Below are positions 10,550-19,607 of a stretch of 64,000 nucleotides of DNA, one piece after another (position 1 is the first letter of the stretch; the number at the start of each line of letters is the position of its first letter). A program made the translations under genes and the position numbers. The notes beneath the pieces are model-generated. The model was given only the letters and a program-made list of their open reading frames with translations, was not told where the DNA came from and ran no database searches. The stretch is from an uncultured delta proteobacterium (GTDB taxonomy: Bacteria; Desulfobacterota; Binatia; JACPRU01), in the NCBI GenBank assembly GCA_963745025.1, contig CAVUWD010000011.1, forward strand, positions 128,001-192,000, in the 5' to 3' direction.

Positions 10550-11348
10550 CCGCCTGTTCAGTCGAGGCCGCCTTCGACACGACCTCGCCCAACGCGACCG
10601 GCTGACGGGAAAGCTCTCGGAGAGTGGTCGCGTCGCCCGCGATGTACGCGCGATCGCCCGGCCGAAGGTTCTTCGGGTTTCGCAGCAGTGCGGAAAGCTT
10701 TCCGAGGTTCTGTGCCCAGATGATCAACTTCGCCTGGTCCGGGGTGAGCAGCAGCGTGATCGAGCTGTAGTTCGCCCGCGGACTCGACCCGAACGCGCCG
10801 GTGTAGAGCACGTAGACGTTGTCGAGCAGCGGAGTGGTGACGACCTGTTGTGTCGCCACACCACCCTTGCCGCCGGGCTGAGCTTGCTGCACACTCTGGT
10901 AGGTAAGGAGGAGGTCGATCCGGTCGCCTGCGCGGATCGCGCCTTCGAGCGAGGTTTCGTTGGTCGTCACCAGCGTGAACAGGCGGTCGTCGGTGCGCGG
11001 ATCGAGCTTCTCGGAAGCGCGAGCCATGCCCGCCGCCCCGGTGACGAACTGCGTGGCGAGGACGTAGTCGCCTTCAGCGGCTTCCGAGCCGAGCCGCTGG
11101 CCGATGTAGTTGCCACGCGCCGACCAATCGACCGCGAACTTGGGGATCGAGTTCGCGACCTTCGCGGCCGCCATCACGTCCTCCTCCGCGAGCAGCGCGC
11201 CGGGGCGCAGATCGCGGCGGGCGATCATGACTTGCCGCCTCACTGGCTCGAAGCTAGCCCGAAGATCGCTGATGTACAGGTTCATCAGCACTACGGCCGC
11301 GATCGCGGCGGCAATCGACACCAGGATCGGGATCCGACTCTGCATCAC
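10536..11348 (-). CDS. cpaB: Flp pilus assembly protein CpaB/RcpC (SAF domain)
   Basis: N-terminal TM, SAF (VMIARRDLRPGALL), GAIRAGDRIDLL, LLDNVYVL, ITLLLTPDQA...GKLSALLRNP. Confidence 0.88.
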   Translation of the reverse strand: MMQSRIPILVSIAAAIAAVVLMNLYISDLRASFEPVRRQVMIARRDLRPGALLAEEDVMAAAKVANSIPKFAVDWSARGNYIGQRLGSEAAEGDYVLATQFVTGAAGMARASEKLDPRTDDRLFTLVTTNETSLEGAIRAGDRIDLLLTYQSVQQAQPGGKGGVATQQVVTTPLLDNVYVLYTGAFGSSPRANYSSITLLLTPDQAKLIIWAQNLGKLSALLRNPKNLRPGDRAYIAGDATTLRELSRQPVALGEVVSKAASTEQAGEPK

Positions 11349-11395
11349 TTCCTCCCCTCTTTACCGCAAATCCCTGTGCTCGTCCGCCGTATCCC

Positions 11396-11632
11396 TCAAG
11401 GGATCGGCAGGGCCACGAAGAAGTAAATCTCGAGCAAGTAGCGCCCGATCGCCGCATGCATCAGGCTGCCGATGCCGATGAGACCGAGCGTTGCGAGCAC
11501 GACCGTGATCACGTACTCGACCATGACTTGCCCGCTTTGCTCGCCGAACCGCTCCCTGTCTTGCCGAGCTTCCAAGCCGAAACCTTCATACAAAGGACGG
11601 AGCACGCGCTGCAACCATCTGCGTCGGCTCAT
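11396..11632 (-). CDS. Small Flp/TadE-like minor pilin
   Basis: Class III signal-like motif SG|QVMVEY followed by a hydrophobic helix. Confidence 0.7.
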   Translation of the reverse strand: MSRRRWLQRVLRPLYEGFGLEARQDRERFGEQSGQVMVEYVITVVLATLGLIGIGSLMHAAIGRYLLEIYFFVALPIP

Positions 11633-11635
11633 GGC

Positions 11636-12445
11636 TCAAGACCTCCCCGCGGCGTAGGTGCGTGTGACGAGAACCGCATTCCCGCGTTCACGCGGTTCCG
11701 GCAGGATGAGGATGGAGCATTCTTCGTCTTCCTTAGCGAAAAACAGCGTCGTGAACTTGGAGGTAAGGTCGGCGGGCGGCACCAATTGTTCCCAGCCCCG
11801 CGCCGACATTTCGCGAAGGTAGAAATCCGTGACCCAATCGCGCGAGTCATCGGTGGTGTAGCTCAGCGTCTCGTTGTGCGGGCCCTCGACCGAGCTGATC
11901 AGAATCCGCGCTCGCGCGCCGGGAAGCTCCGGAATTCCCGGCAGCATGGGTTGGAATCCGCGTTTGAGCTCACTGAGGTTTCGTTGCGTCAAGCGGATCG
12001 CCGGCAGACCGTTTCGCAGCGAGGTCGCGGCCACTGCCAGCATCACCTTCGTCCGCGGATGGATTGCGACCACCGTATCTTCTCCGCCGATCGTCTTTCG
12101 CCGAGCGCGGTAGCCTACCTTTCGAAGCGCCGACTCAAACTCGCGAAGCTTCGCCGCTGGATCGGCCACCCCATACGTATTGAAGCGAACCAGCATGCCG
12201 TTCACCCGAAACTGCCCGCGACCCGAGAGCTTCGGACGCATGGCTGGGTTCGCTTCGATACCGAGACCGCGCTCCGCATCGTCGACCAGCGTATCGCCCG
12301 TGCGCACCGCCGCCGCGGAACTCGGACGTTCCCGGCCGAGCAGCGCGTAGCCGACGAACAACAGCGCGAACCCGGCGGCAACGACCGCGTGAAACCACCG
12401 TGGCATCGACCCACCGAGAATTCTCGATTTCTCTTCGAGCTTCAT
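11636..12445 (-). CDS. Hypothetical membrane-anchored periplasmic protein in Tad operon
   Basis: N-terminal TM; start overlaps the upstream stop by 1 bp; function not recognised. Confidence 0.65.
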   Translation of the reverse strand: MKLEEKSRILGGSMPRWFHAVVAAGFALLFVGYALLGRERPSSAAAVRTGDTLVDDAERGLGIEANPAMRPKLSGRGQFRVNGMLVRFNTYGVADPAAKLREFESALRKVGYRARRKTIGGEDTVVAIHPRTKVMLAVAATSLRNGLPAIRLTQRNLSELKRGFQPMLPGIPELPGARARILISSVEGPHNETLSYTTDDSRDWVTDFYLREMSARGWEQLVPPADLTSKFTTLFFAKEDEECSILILPEPRERGNAVLVTRTYAAGRS

Positions 12446-13419
12446 CAGTGACGCTCCGGGAATTCCTTCAACGTTCCGTCGGGAAGGTGGAAGCCCGCAT
12501 TCGTGTCCAAGACGCTATCGATAGCCGAGAAGACTCCGCCAATCCCTGAAAACATGCATTTCCCGGTGTTGCCTAGGAACGAGACAGCGGCGCCGACTCC
12601 AGGGACCAAGTTCGGATCGCCCGTGGGTAGAAACCACAGGGGGAAGATGTGCCCGCTGGTATCGCAAAGACTGTTCACGCCCCCGACCAATTGCTCGTAT
12701 TCGGTCTTGTCGTTCGTACGCACGATCAGCAAGGGGTGACTGAGGATGCTCGAGAACTGCACGATGTCCGTCGGCCGGATCAGATGAAAGTAGTTGATGC
12801 CGAAGGTCTTGTACTCGACCCGTGCCGTGAAGATCGAGCTGTCGGCTTCGTGGTCCCAATTCGTCTCGCGGGCGAAGAGATCCTGGAGGAAGAAACCGGG
12901 CACCCCGGCGACACCGCCGAGGAACGAGCCGAGTCCGCTCAATGCGGAGTTCGCCTGGCCGCCGGCCCCGTCGATCAGGGTCACCGCGGTAGCGGCCGCC
13001 GTCGCGATGGGCACGATGACGTCCGCGACGGCCCGCGGCGCAACGGACGTAATGCCCAACGCGGCGGTGACGTCGTTGTCGTAGTCGGCCACTTTGCGCG
13101 TTGCCGCGTCGGCCTCGGCGTTCAGCAGGAAGCGGCCGATGCCGGCCTTCTTCTTCAACGTCGTATCGAGGTTCGCGTCGCTCGCGGACGATGGGAGGGC
13201 GTGCACTGCGCTGCCCTGAGTGCCGTCGTCGCGCAGGTACCACGAGCTCTCCCACGTCGCGAACCGTGCGCCTTCGATCGCTCGAGCCCGCATCGAGACC
13301 AGCTCGTAGAAGTAGTCGAGGCCGAGAAATACCATCAGCAGCACGGGAAGCATGACGACCGTTTCGACGAGCGACTGGCCGCGATCCGGCAAAAGTCGCT
13401 TGGCGGCGTTCAAGGGCAT
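12445..13419 (-). CDS. TadE/TadF-like pseudopilin
   Basis: ATG at 13419 preceded by GAGG; RG|QSLVETVVMLPVLLMVFLG...ARAIEGARFATWE. Confidence 0.8.
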   Translation of the reverse strand: MPLNAAKRLLPDRGQSLVETVVMLPVLLMVFLGLDYFYELVSMRARAIEGARFATWESSWYLRDDGTQGSAVHALPSSASDANLDTTLKKKAGIGRFLLNAEADAATRKVADYDNDVTAALGITSVAPRAVADVIVPIATAAATAVTLIDGAGGQANSALSGLGSFLGGVAGVPGFFLQDLFARETNWDHEADSSIFTARVEYKTFGINYFHLIRPTDIVQFSSILSHPLLIVRTNDKTEYEQLVGGVNSLCDTSGHIFPLWFLPTGDPNLVPGVGAAVSFLGNTGKCMFSGIGGVFSAIDSVLDTNAGFHLPDGTLKEFPERH

Positions 13420-13429
13420 GGCATCACCT

Positions 13430-15127
13430 CTAGTGAAGCAGCTCGATGCCGCTGTTCTTGTCTGCAAGCCGCTCGAGCCTCCCCGCCCAGAAGGGATTGA
13501 AGATCGTCTCCTTGTCGAACTTCTTGTCCTTTCGATTCTGGGTGAAATACACGCGAGCGAACGCATACGCTTCCATCGACGGCGTGAACCCGGTGACCTC
13601 CGTTATTGGCGGCGGGAGGTTCGTGTCGAGGCCTTCGGTAAGGCCCAATCCGCTGAACAGCGGCAGAGACTTGCTCGGCTTGCTCAGGTAGACGAAGACT
13701 CGCGGACCTTCGACTCGTTTGCCGTTGTCGTTGTCGTCTCCGTCGTCCTTGTAAATCGTAACCTTCATGTCCTTCAGCTTGGTACTGAGCTTCGCTTCGG
13801 TTCGGCAGTCGTGAATGAATTCTTCGAAGCCCTGTACCAGCGCCAATCCCGGAATGCATCCCGGATCGCCGATGGCCTTGGCGATGAAATCCCCAGTCGG
13901 GTTCTCGGTGCGATCCGTGCCGTCGACGTCCGAGACGTCCTGCGGGTGCAACGTATCGAACGACACCGGCTGCGGATCATCGTTGGGAATCGGGTCAGAG
14001 TCCGGAATGATGCTGTCCCAACGGTGCTGAATGTCGGCGCCGCTGTTGAACTGGTCGTCGCTGTAGTGGCCCGCGCTCTCGCTGAAGATGTTCTGAAAAC
14101 CGGTGACCGGGCACGTGATGCCTCCGACCGAGATGCTGATTCCGGAGTGATCGAGCTGATAGATCGTGTCCTTGAGGGACGTGTTATCGCCGCCGCGCAC
14201 GATCATCTGGGTTTTGCCGTTCGGAAGGGTCCTTTCGCCTCCCGTCTCCCACGGGCCGCCCGTCGGGTTCTCCTCTCCGGTAATGTGGTCGAATCCCGGC
14301 CCGTCGAAACCCTCCGGCCCGATCGTCAGGCTGAGACACGGCAGGTGGCTCAGCGCATCACCGATCACCGGGATCAGGTTCGCGAAGTCGCGGAAGCTTC
14401 CTCCATTCGAGAACGCGTTCAGCGACCGCTCGACCGTCAATCGTAGACCATTGTCCTTGTCCGTACCGGTCCAGTCGCGGCGGTCGGAGAGCTCCTGAAA
14501 GTTGAAGACTTCCGATCCCACCCAGTACTGAAAATTCGTGTCCACTCCGGCGGCGATCTTCTGGATGAGCTGCGCCCGTCCGGCTTGAGTCGTGAGGTAC
14601 AACGCCTCTTCGAACGCGCTCAGCGCCGAGTTGTAGGCCTGCAGGTACGGAGAGATGCCCAAGACGGCATCGGACGCGCCTTGGTTGACGATGTGAACGG
14701 CGACGTGGAGCGCCTCCTCGCCAACCAGCAACGGGCAAGCGACGATATCGATGATCGGGATGTCGCAACCGAGCTGAAGAACCGCTTGCAGCTCGGCCAA
14801 GAAGCCGTCGAGCGCATCCGCGAACGAATAGAAGCCGGTGACGAGCGCGATCGTATCGTAGTTCGCCACCATGGCGCGCGTGGTGTACGCGGCGAGGTTC
14901 ATGTACCGCGCTTCCCAGATCGCCGCCGAGTAGGCGGCGTTGTCGGCCGCGTTCTGGATCTTCATCTTCTCGGTCGTCATCGTGCCGACGTTGTAGACCG
15001 AGAGTCCGGCCAGCGTGAGCGGGATCAGGAAGATGAGGAACATCACGAGCATCTGGCCCCGCTGGCTCGCGAGCTGCGAGAGACGCTGGCGTACCCGGCT
15101 ATGACGTTCCATCTCGGTTCTCTCCAT
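13430..15127 (-). CDS. TadG-like large minor pilin (Tad N-terminal domain); start may be 15145, 15127 or 15112
   Basis: RG|QMLVMFLIFL...KIQNAADNAAYSAA motif of the Tad domain; large Asp/Gly-rich C-terminal region with several Cys. Confidence 0.8.
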   Translation of the reverse strand: MERTEMERHSRVRQRLSQLASQRGQMLVMFLIFLIPLTLAGLSVYNVGTMTTEKMKIQNAADNAAYSAAIWEARYMNLAAYTTRAMVANYDTIALVTGFYSFADALDGFLAELQAVLQLGCDIPIIDIVACPLLVGEEALHVAVHIVNQGASDAVLGISPYLQAYNSALSAFEEALYLTTQAGRAQLIQKIAAGVDTNFQYWVGSEVFNFQELSDRRDWTGTDKDNGLRLTVERSLNAFSNGGSFRDFANLIPVIGDALSHLPCLSLTIGPEGFDGPGFDHITGEENPTGGPWETGGERTLPNGKTQMIVRGGDNTSLKDTIYQLDHSGISISVGGITCPVTGFQNIFSESAGHYSDDQFNSGADIQHRWDSIIPDSDPIPNDDPQPVSFDTLHPQDVSDVDGTDRTENPTGDFIAKAIGDPGCIPGLALVQGFEEFIHDCRTEAKLSTKLKDMKVTIYKDDGDDNDNGKRVEGPRVFVYLSKPSKSLPLFSGLGLTEGLDTNLPPPITEVTGFTPSMEAYAFARVYFTQNRKDKKFDKETIFNPFWAGRLERLADKNSGIELLH

Positions 15128-16629
15128 CACCCTTTTCGGTCCCATTGCATCCGCATGACGAAGGTCGCGCGAATCGGCACGCGGAAGATCAGGAACTCGC
15201 CGAGCGATTGCCGGATGCTGTTGTCTCCCGACTTCTGAATGAAGACCGTCTCGCCTCTACCCTCGTCGGGCGTGGCAACGTCCCCCGGCGCGGTCTCGTA
15301 TTGGGTCGGTATGACCTTGATGCCGGAAAAGATGGGCGCGATGGTTCCCGCCAAGCCACTCAAGCCGAACGTCGCGAAGCCCACTTGCGAGAATGCGAAG
15401 CCCGTCGCCCAGACGGGGATCATCTTGTTCATGTCGGGAAGCTTCTTCTGCATGTCGGCCACGGTGGCGGAGGAGCCCTCGAGGTTGAGAGCGATCTTGT
15501 AGAGCTTCGGGCGGGCAGTCGCCGTGATGATCCGATTGACGAACGGGATGACCAGCGGGTAGCGCCAGGTCACCAGCACTTTGATGAGGTTGTCTTCGGA
15601 GTCTTCCTTCGGATCGTCGAACGCGATCTTCTTCGGCCACTTCTTGATAATCGCCTTCTTGATCGCCTTGTCGTCGTCCAAATCCGCTTTCGGATCGACG
15701 AACTGCACGTCGAGGCAATCGACCAGGTTCAGATCGTCGTCGATCGTCACGCCGATGGACTCGTAGAGAGCCACCGCGGCGCGGCCCTGAAAAACGCTGC
15801 CGAGAACGGCCAAATCCGTGGCCGGACTGGGAGGGATGGGACCGGCCGTCCAGGCGAGGGTTTGGAGGGTTTTGGCAAAGATTAGGAGGTTCTTCGCGAC
15901 TGCTGGCCGTTTTTGTTCGTCGGGATCGAGGCGTCCCTGGATCGCCGGGATGACGGGCAGGATCGTTAGGAAGGCCGCACGCTTCGCCCGCTTCTGCATC
16001 AAGTCCAGGTCGACCGGGTCTTCGGATGTAGGCGACGAGTCCGCGCGCGCGACGATCGCCGCACGGGCGGCGTTGAACGCGGCGAGCTTCACCAGGCTCC
16101 GCGCGTTGTAGATGAGAGTGATTTGGAAGATCCCCAAGATGAGCACGATGCCGACGAGCGAGGCGAAGAAGAACTCGAGCATCGCCTGGCCGTTCTCCGA
16201 CTTGAGACGTGCTTCGCGCTCCCGTAAGGCCTTCTCCTTCGCCTGCGTCTTGCGAATCGCCTTCTGCATCCGCGTCAAGTAGAGCATTGCCATTACCGCG
16301 ACGAGAGCGAGGATCCAGATCGCGGTGCTCCAGCTGATCGAGAAGTTGAGCGCTCTCGGGACAGCGGCAGCGCCGCCCGCGCCCGGGTCACCCTGCGAAG
16401 CCGCGGGAGCTTCCGTCGACTCCTGAGGCGCCGGCGGGGACCCCTCCTTTTCCTGGCCGCCACCCGTCCTGATGCCGCTGCCCGGAGACGTCGTCTCGAG
16501 CTTTTCCGTGGCGTGATCGAACCTCCCCCTCAATGCTCCGCCGAACCGGAAGACGACGAGGAGTAGGCCGAGCGAGATCAGGACCGCGGTCAGGACGTAC
16601 TCGGTCGCCTGCCCGGATTGAGCGCGCAC
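15127..16629 (-). CDS. Fusion protein: N-terminal Flp-like pilin, TM, then TadE-like pseudopilin
   Basis: N-terminal SGQATEYVLTAVL...RFGGALRGRF and internal ENG|QAMLEFF...LAAFNAARAAIV (site near 16190). Confidence 0.75.
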   Translation of the reverse strand: MRAQSGQATEYVLTAVLISLGLLLVVFRFGGALRGRFDHATEKLETTSPGSGIRTGGGQEKEGSPPAPQESTEAPAASQGDPGAGGAAAVPRALNFSISWSTAIWILALVAVMAMLYLTRMQKAIRKTQAKEKALREREARLKSENGQAMLEFFFASLVGIVLILGIFQITLIYNARSLVKLAAFNAARAAIVARADSSPTSEDPVDLDLMQKRAKRAAFLTILPVIPAIQGRLDPDEQKRPAVAKNLLIFAKTLQTLAWTAGPIPPSPATDLAVLGSVFQGRAAVALYESIGVTIDDDLNLVDCLDVQFVDPKADLDDDKAIKKAIIKKWPKKIAFDDPKEDSEDNLIKVLVTWRYPLVIPFVNRIITATARPKLYKIALNLEGSSATVADMQKKLPDMNKMIPVWATGFAFSQVGFATFGLSGLAGTIAPIFSGIKVIPTQYETAPGDVATPDEGRGETVFIQKSGDNSIRQSLGEFLIFRVPIRATFVMRMQWDRKG

Positions 16630-16728
16630 GCCGCCTTTGCCTGATATGAGGAAGCTAGCTGTGGGAGGGGCAAGGAGGCCGATCCGTGTTCGCGAAGGGC
16701 CCCACTTGCCCCCTTCCCCACGGCGGTT

Positions 16729-16995
16729 CTACTTTTGTTCTCCCAGGTCGAGTTTTCCGCTGTCGGCCTTGTCCGTCTGGCCCCCTTCCTTTTCAGGATC
16801 GAGCTTCTGGACGTTGGTGTCGACCACATTCACGTTGCTCACTGCCTCGACGGCCCCGCCGAAGCGGTTCCGCAGCATGCCGCCGAAGCGGTTGACCGCA
16901 AACATCACCACGAGCGCGACGAGGATCGCGATGATGATGTACTCGGTCATCCCTTGACCGCGCTGGTTCCGAAGAAACTTCGCGAATCGATTCAT
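16729..16995 (-). CDS. flp: Flp family type IV (Tad) pilin, probable major pilin
   Basis: MNRFAKFLRNQRG|QGMTEYIIIAILVAL; GGAGG 9 nt upstream of ATG; first gene of operon. Confidence 0.9.
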   Translation of the reverse strand: MNRFAKFLRNQRGQGMTEYIIIAILVALVVMFAVNRFGGMLRNRFGGAVEAVSNVNVVDTNVQKLDPEKEGGQTDKADSGKLDLGEQK

Positions 16996-17071
16996 ATGCA
17001 TTGACCTCCCTGGCTCACTGCTTAAGTCGAAATCCGCCGGCCGAGTCTCTCGGCGGCACCCCATCCATTAC

Positions 17072-17088
17072 AGCATCGCTCGTACCAA
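17072..17088 (-). promoter_or_regulatory. Putative sigma-54 (-24/-12) promoter of the flp/tad operon
   Basis: TTGGTACGAGCGATGCT: GG-N10-GC, close to TGGCACG-N4-TTGCW, about 77 bp upstream of flp. Confidence 0.6.
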
Positions 17089-17187
17089 CCTTTGAGGTCA
17101 CGAATCCAAAGGGTTTTCCCAGAATCCCGCTTTGGTTCCCCGTATCGGCTCTGATACCAGTGTATCCTTCCTGCAATCGACTCTGAC

Positions 17188-17583
17188 ATGTCAAGGCAAC
17201 CGCCCTATTACCAGGTGAGAAATCTGCGGACGGAGAACCTGCTCGCGGAGGCCGCTACACGAGCCGCTTCGTTCGTGGCCCGCGGTCGTGGCCTCCTGGG
17301 CGAGCGTTCGCTCCCGAGTGGAGCAGGCCTTTGGCTCGACCCGTGCTCGAGCATTCACATGTTCTTCATGCGCTTCGCGATCGACGTCGTCTTTCTCGAC
17401 CGCTCTCTGCGGGTCACTCGGACGATCGCGGGTCTCTCGCCATGGCGGATCGCCTTCGGCGGCCAGGGAGCGCGCTCCGCGCTCGAGCTGCCGGTTGGCT
17501 CGATTGCCGAATCGGCAACGCGGGTCGGAGACGTTCTCGTGATCGAGCCGGTCGGATCGAGCCGCGCTCCCGGAAAACGATGA
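17188..17583 (+). CDS. DUF192 family protein
   Basis: RGRGLLG...GLWLDPCSSIHMFFMRFAIDVVFLD...ALELPVG signature. Confidence 0.88.
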   Translation: MSRQPPYYQVRNLRTENLLAEAATRAASFVARGRGLLGERSLPSGAGLWLDPCSSIHMFFMRFAIDVVFLDRSLRVTRTIAGLSPWRIAFGGQGARSALELPVGSIAESATRVGDVLVIEPVGSSRAPGKR

Positions 17584-19607
17584 CGGCGCACGGTCTCGCG
17601 ATCCTGCTGTCCGCCTTCCTTCTCTTTCAGATCCAGCCGGCGATCGCCAAGGCGATTCTCCCTTGGTTCGGCGGCACGCCGGCCGTGTGGACGACGTGCC
17701 TCGTCTTCTTCCAGAGCTTGCTCGTCGCCGGTTATGCGTACGCGGACGTGCTCGCGACCCGCCTGCGCCCGCGCGCCCAGGTCGTGGTGCATACCCTCGT
17801 CCTCGGCGCGGCGCTACTTCTCGCGCTGCCGATCGCGATCGATCCATCGAGGAAGCCCTCGCCGGTCGAGGATCCGACGGCCCAGATTTTCGCGGTCCTC
17901 GGCGCGACGATCGGCCTCCCCTATTTCGTGCTGTCTTCGACGAGCCCGCTTCTTCAAGCCTGGGCGTCGCGCGGTGCGCCGGGCCGCTCGCCCTACCGGC
18001 TCTACGCGCTCTCGAACATGGGCTCGGTCGTTGGCCTCGCAAGCTATCCGTTCGTCGTCGAGCCGTCGCTCGCGATTCGCGCGCAGCTTCGTTGGTGGTC
18101 GGCGGCGTTCCTCGTGTTCGCTGCGGTGAGCGTCGCGGCGGGAATCCGCACGGTCGGCGTCGCGGACGACGTGCTACGCCGAGTCGAGCCTCGGGAGCCC
18201 GCGCGCTCTACGCCGATCGTCACTCGCTTTCTCTGGTTCGCGCTTCCGGCCTGTGGCTCGATTCTGCTGCTCGCCGTCACGAACCGGATCTGTCGAGAGA
18301 TCGCGGTCGTCCCGTTTCTCTGGGTGATGCCGCTCATGATCTACCTGCTGAGCTTCATCCTCTGCTTCGAGAGCGATCGCTGGTATCGGCGGCGCCTGTT
18401 TCTACCCGCGCTGCTCGTCGCGAGCGTGCCGGTCGCCTTCGGCTATGCGGCGAACAATCTGTCGGTGAAGCTCACCTTCTCGTTTCACGCCCTGCTGTTG
18501 TTCGTCGCCTGTATGGCCTGCCACGGCGAGCTCGCGCGCCTCCGCCCCGAGCCGGCGCGTCTGACTTCGTTCTATCTCGCGTCCGCGTTGGGCGGCGCGG
18601 GCGGCGGAGGGTTCGGCGCGATCCTCGCGCCGCGGCTCTTCGACACGTACTTCGAGCTCCAATGCGGCATCGTCCTTGCCCTGCTTCTGCCGCTCGTCCC
18701 GATCTACCGCGAATCGCCGGCGAGGTTCGCGAAGCGCCGCGGCGCCTGGTTCCTCTGGATTCAAGCCTCCTCGGCCATCATCGGCCTGATGGGGTTCGAC
18801 TTGCGCGCCTACCATGCGCAATCACGCCTGCTGCGGCGCAACTTCTACGGCACCGTTCGCATCATGGACGTGCCCGACGCGCATGGCGGCGGACGGCGCA
18901 TCTTGCAGAACGGCGCGACGACTCACGGCCTCGAGATGCTCGATCCCGACCGGCGCCGAGAGCCGACCTCCTACTACGGCCGCGAAACCGGTGTTGGACG
19001 GCTGTTCGCGGCGCTGCCCGAGGGCCCGCGGCGACTCGGCATCGTCGGGCTCGGCGTAGGCACGCTCGCCGCGTATGCGCGATCGGCGGACGAGCTCTGG
19101 TTCTACGAGATCAATCCGCTGGTTCTCGAGGTCGCGAACCGCGAATTCCACTATCTCGCCGACACCGCCGGCGACGTGCACGTCGAGCTCGGCGACGCAC
19201 GGCTCGTCCTCGGGGCCGAACCTGCGCACGACTTCGATGTCCTCGTCGCGGACGCTTTTTCGAGCGACGCGATCCCGATGCACCTGCTCACGCTCGAAGC
19301 GTTCCGCCTGTACTTCCGGCATCTGAAACCCGACGGCGTGCTCGCGGTGCACATTTCCAACCGCGCACTGGACTTGCGCCCGGTCGTCGCCGCGGCGGCG
19401 CAAAGGCTCGAAAAGAGCCTCGTCTTCTTGAAGAACCGCGCCGATTCTTCGCATGGCGTCTCCGCCGCCCTTTGGGCGCTTCTTTCCTCGAACCGAGCTC
19501 TGGTCGAACGGTTGCGGATCGAATCGCGGGCCGTCGTCGTCGAACCCCCGCCGCATCGCCTGCTTTGGACGGACGACTTCACGAGCCTGTTTCCGATTCT
19601 CAAGTAG
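17580..19607 (+). CDS. Fused multi-pass membrane / spermidine-synthase-like SAM methyltransferase-fold protein
   Basis: ATGA-coupled start; LSAFLLFQIQP...LPWFGG N-terminus; C-terminal GLGVGTLAAY, YEINP, GDARL, DAFSSDAIPMHLLT, WTDDF. Confidence 0.85.
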   Translation: MTAHGLAILLSAFLLFQIQPAIAKAILPWFGGTPAVWTTCLVFFQSLLVAGYAYADVLATRLRPRAQVVVHTLVLGAALLLALPIAIDPSRKPSPVEDPTAQIFAVLGATIGLPYFVLSSTSPLLQAWASRGAPGRSPYRLYALSNMGSVVGLASYPFVVEPSLAIRAQLRWWSAAFLVFAAVSVAAGIRTVGVADDVLRRVEPREPARSTPIVTRFLWFALPACGSILLLAVTNRICREIAVVPFLWVMPLMIYLLSFILCFESDRWYRRRLFLPALLVASVPVAFGYAANNLSVKLTFSFHALLLFVACMACHGELARLRPEPARLTSFYLASALGGAGGGGFGAILAPRLFDTYFELQCGIVLALLLPLVPIYRESPARFAKRRGAWFLWIQASSAIIGLMGFDLRAYHAQSRLLRRNFYGTVRIMDVPDAHGGGRRILQNGATTHGLEMLDPDRRREPTSYYGRETGVGRLFAALPEGPRRLGIVGLGVGTLAAYARSADELWFYEINPLVLEVANREFHYLADTAGDVHVELGDARLVLGAEPAHDFDVLVADAFSSDAIPMHLLTLEAFRLYFRHLKPDGVLAVHISNRALDLRPVVAAAAQRLEKSLVFLKNRADSSHGVSAALWALLSSNRALVERLRIESRAVVVEPPPHRLLWTDDFTSLFPILK

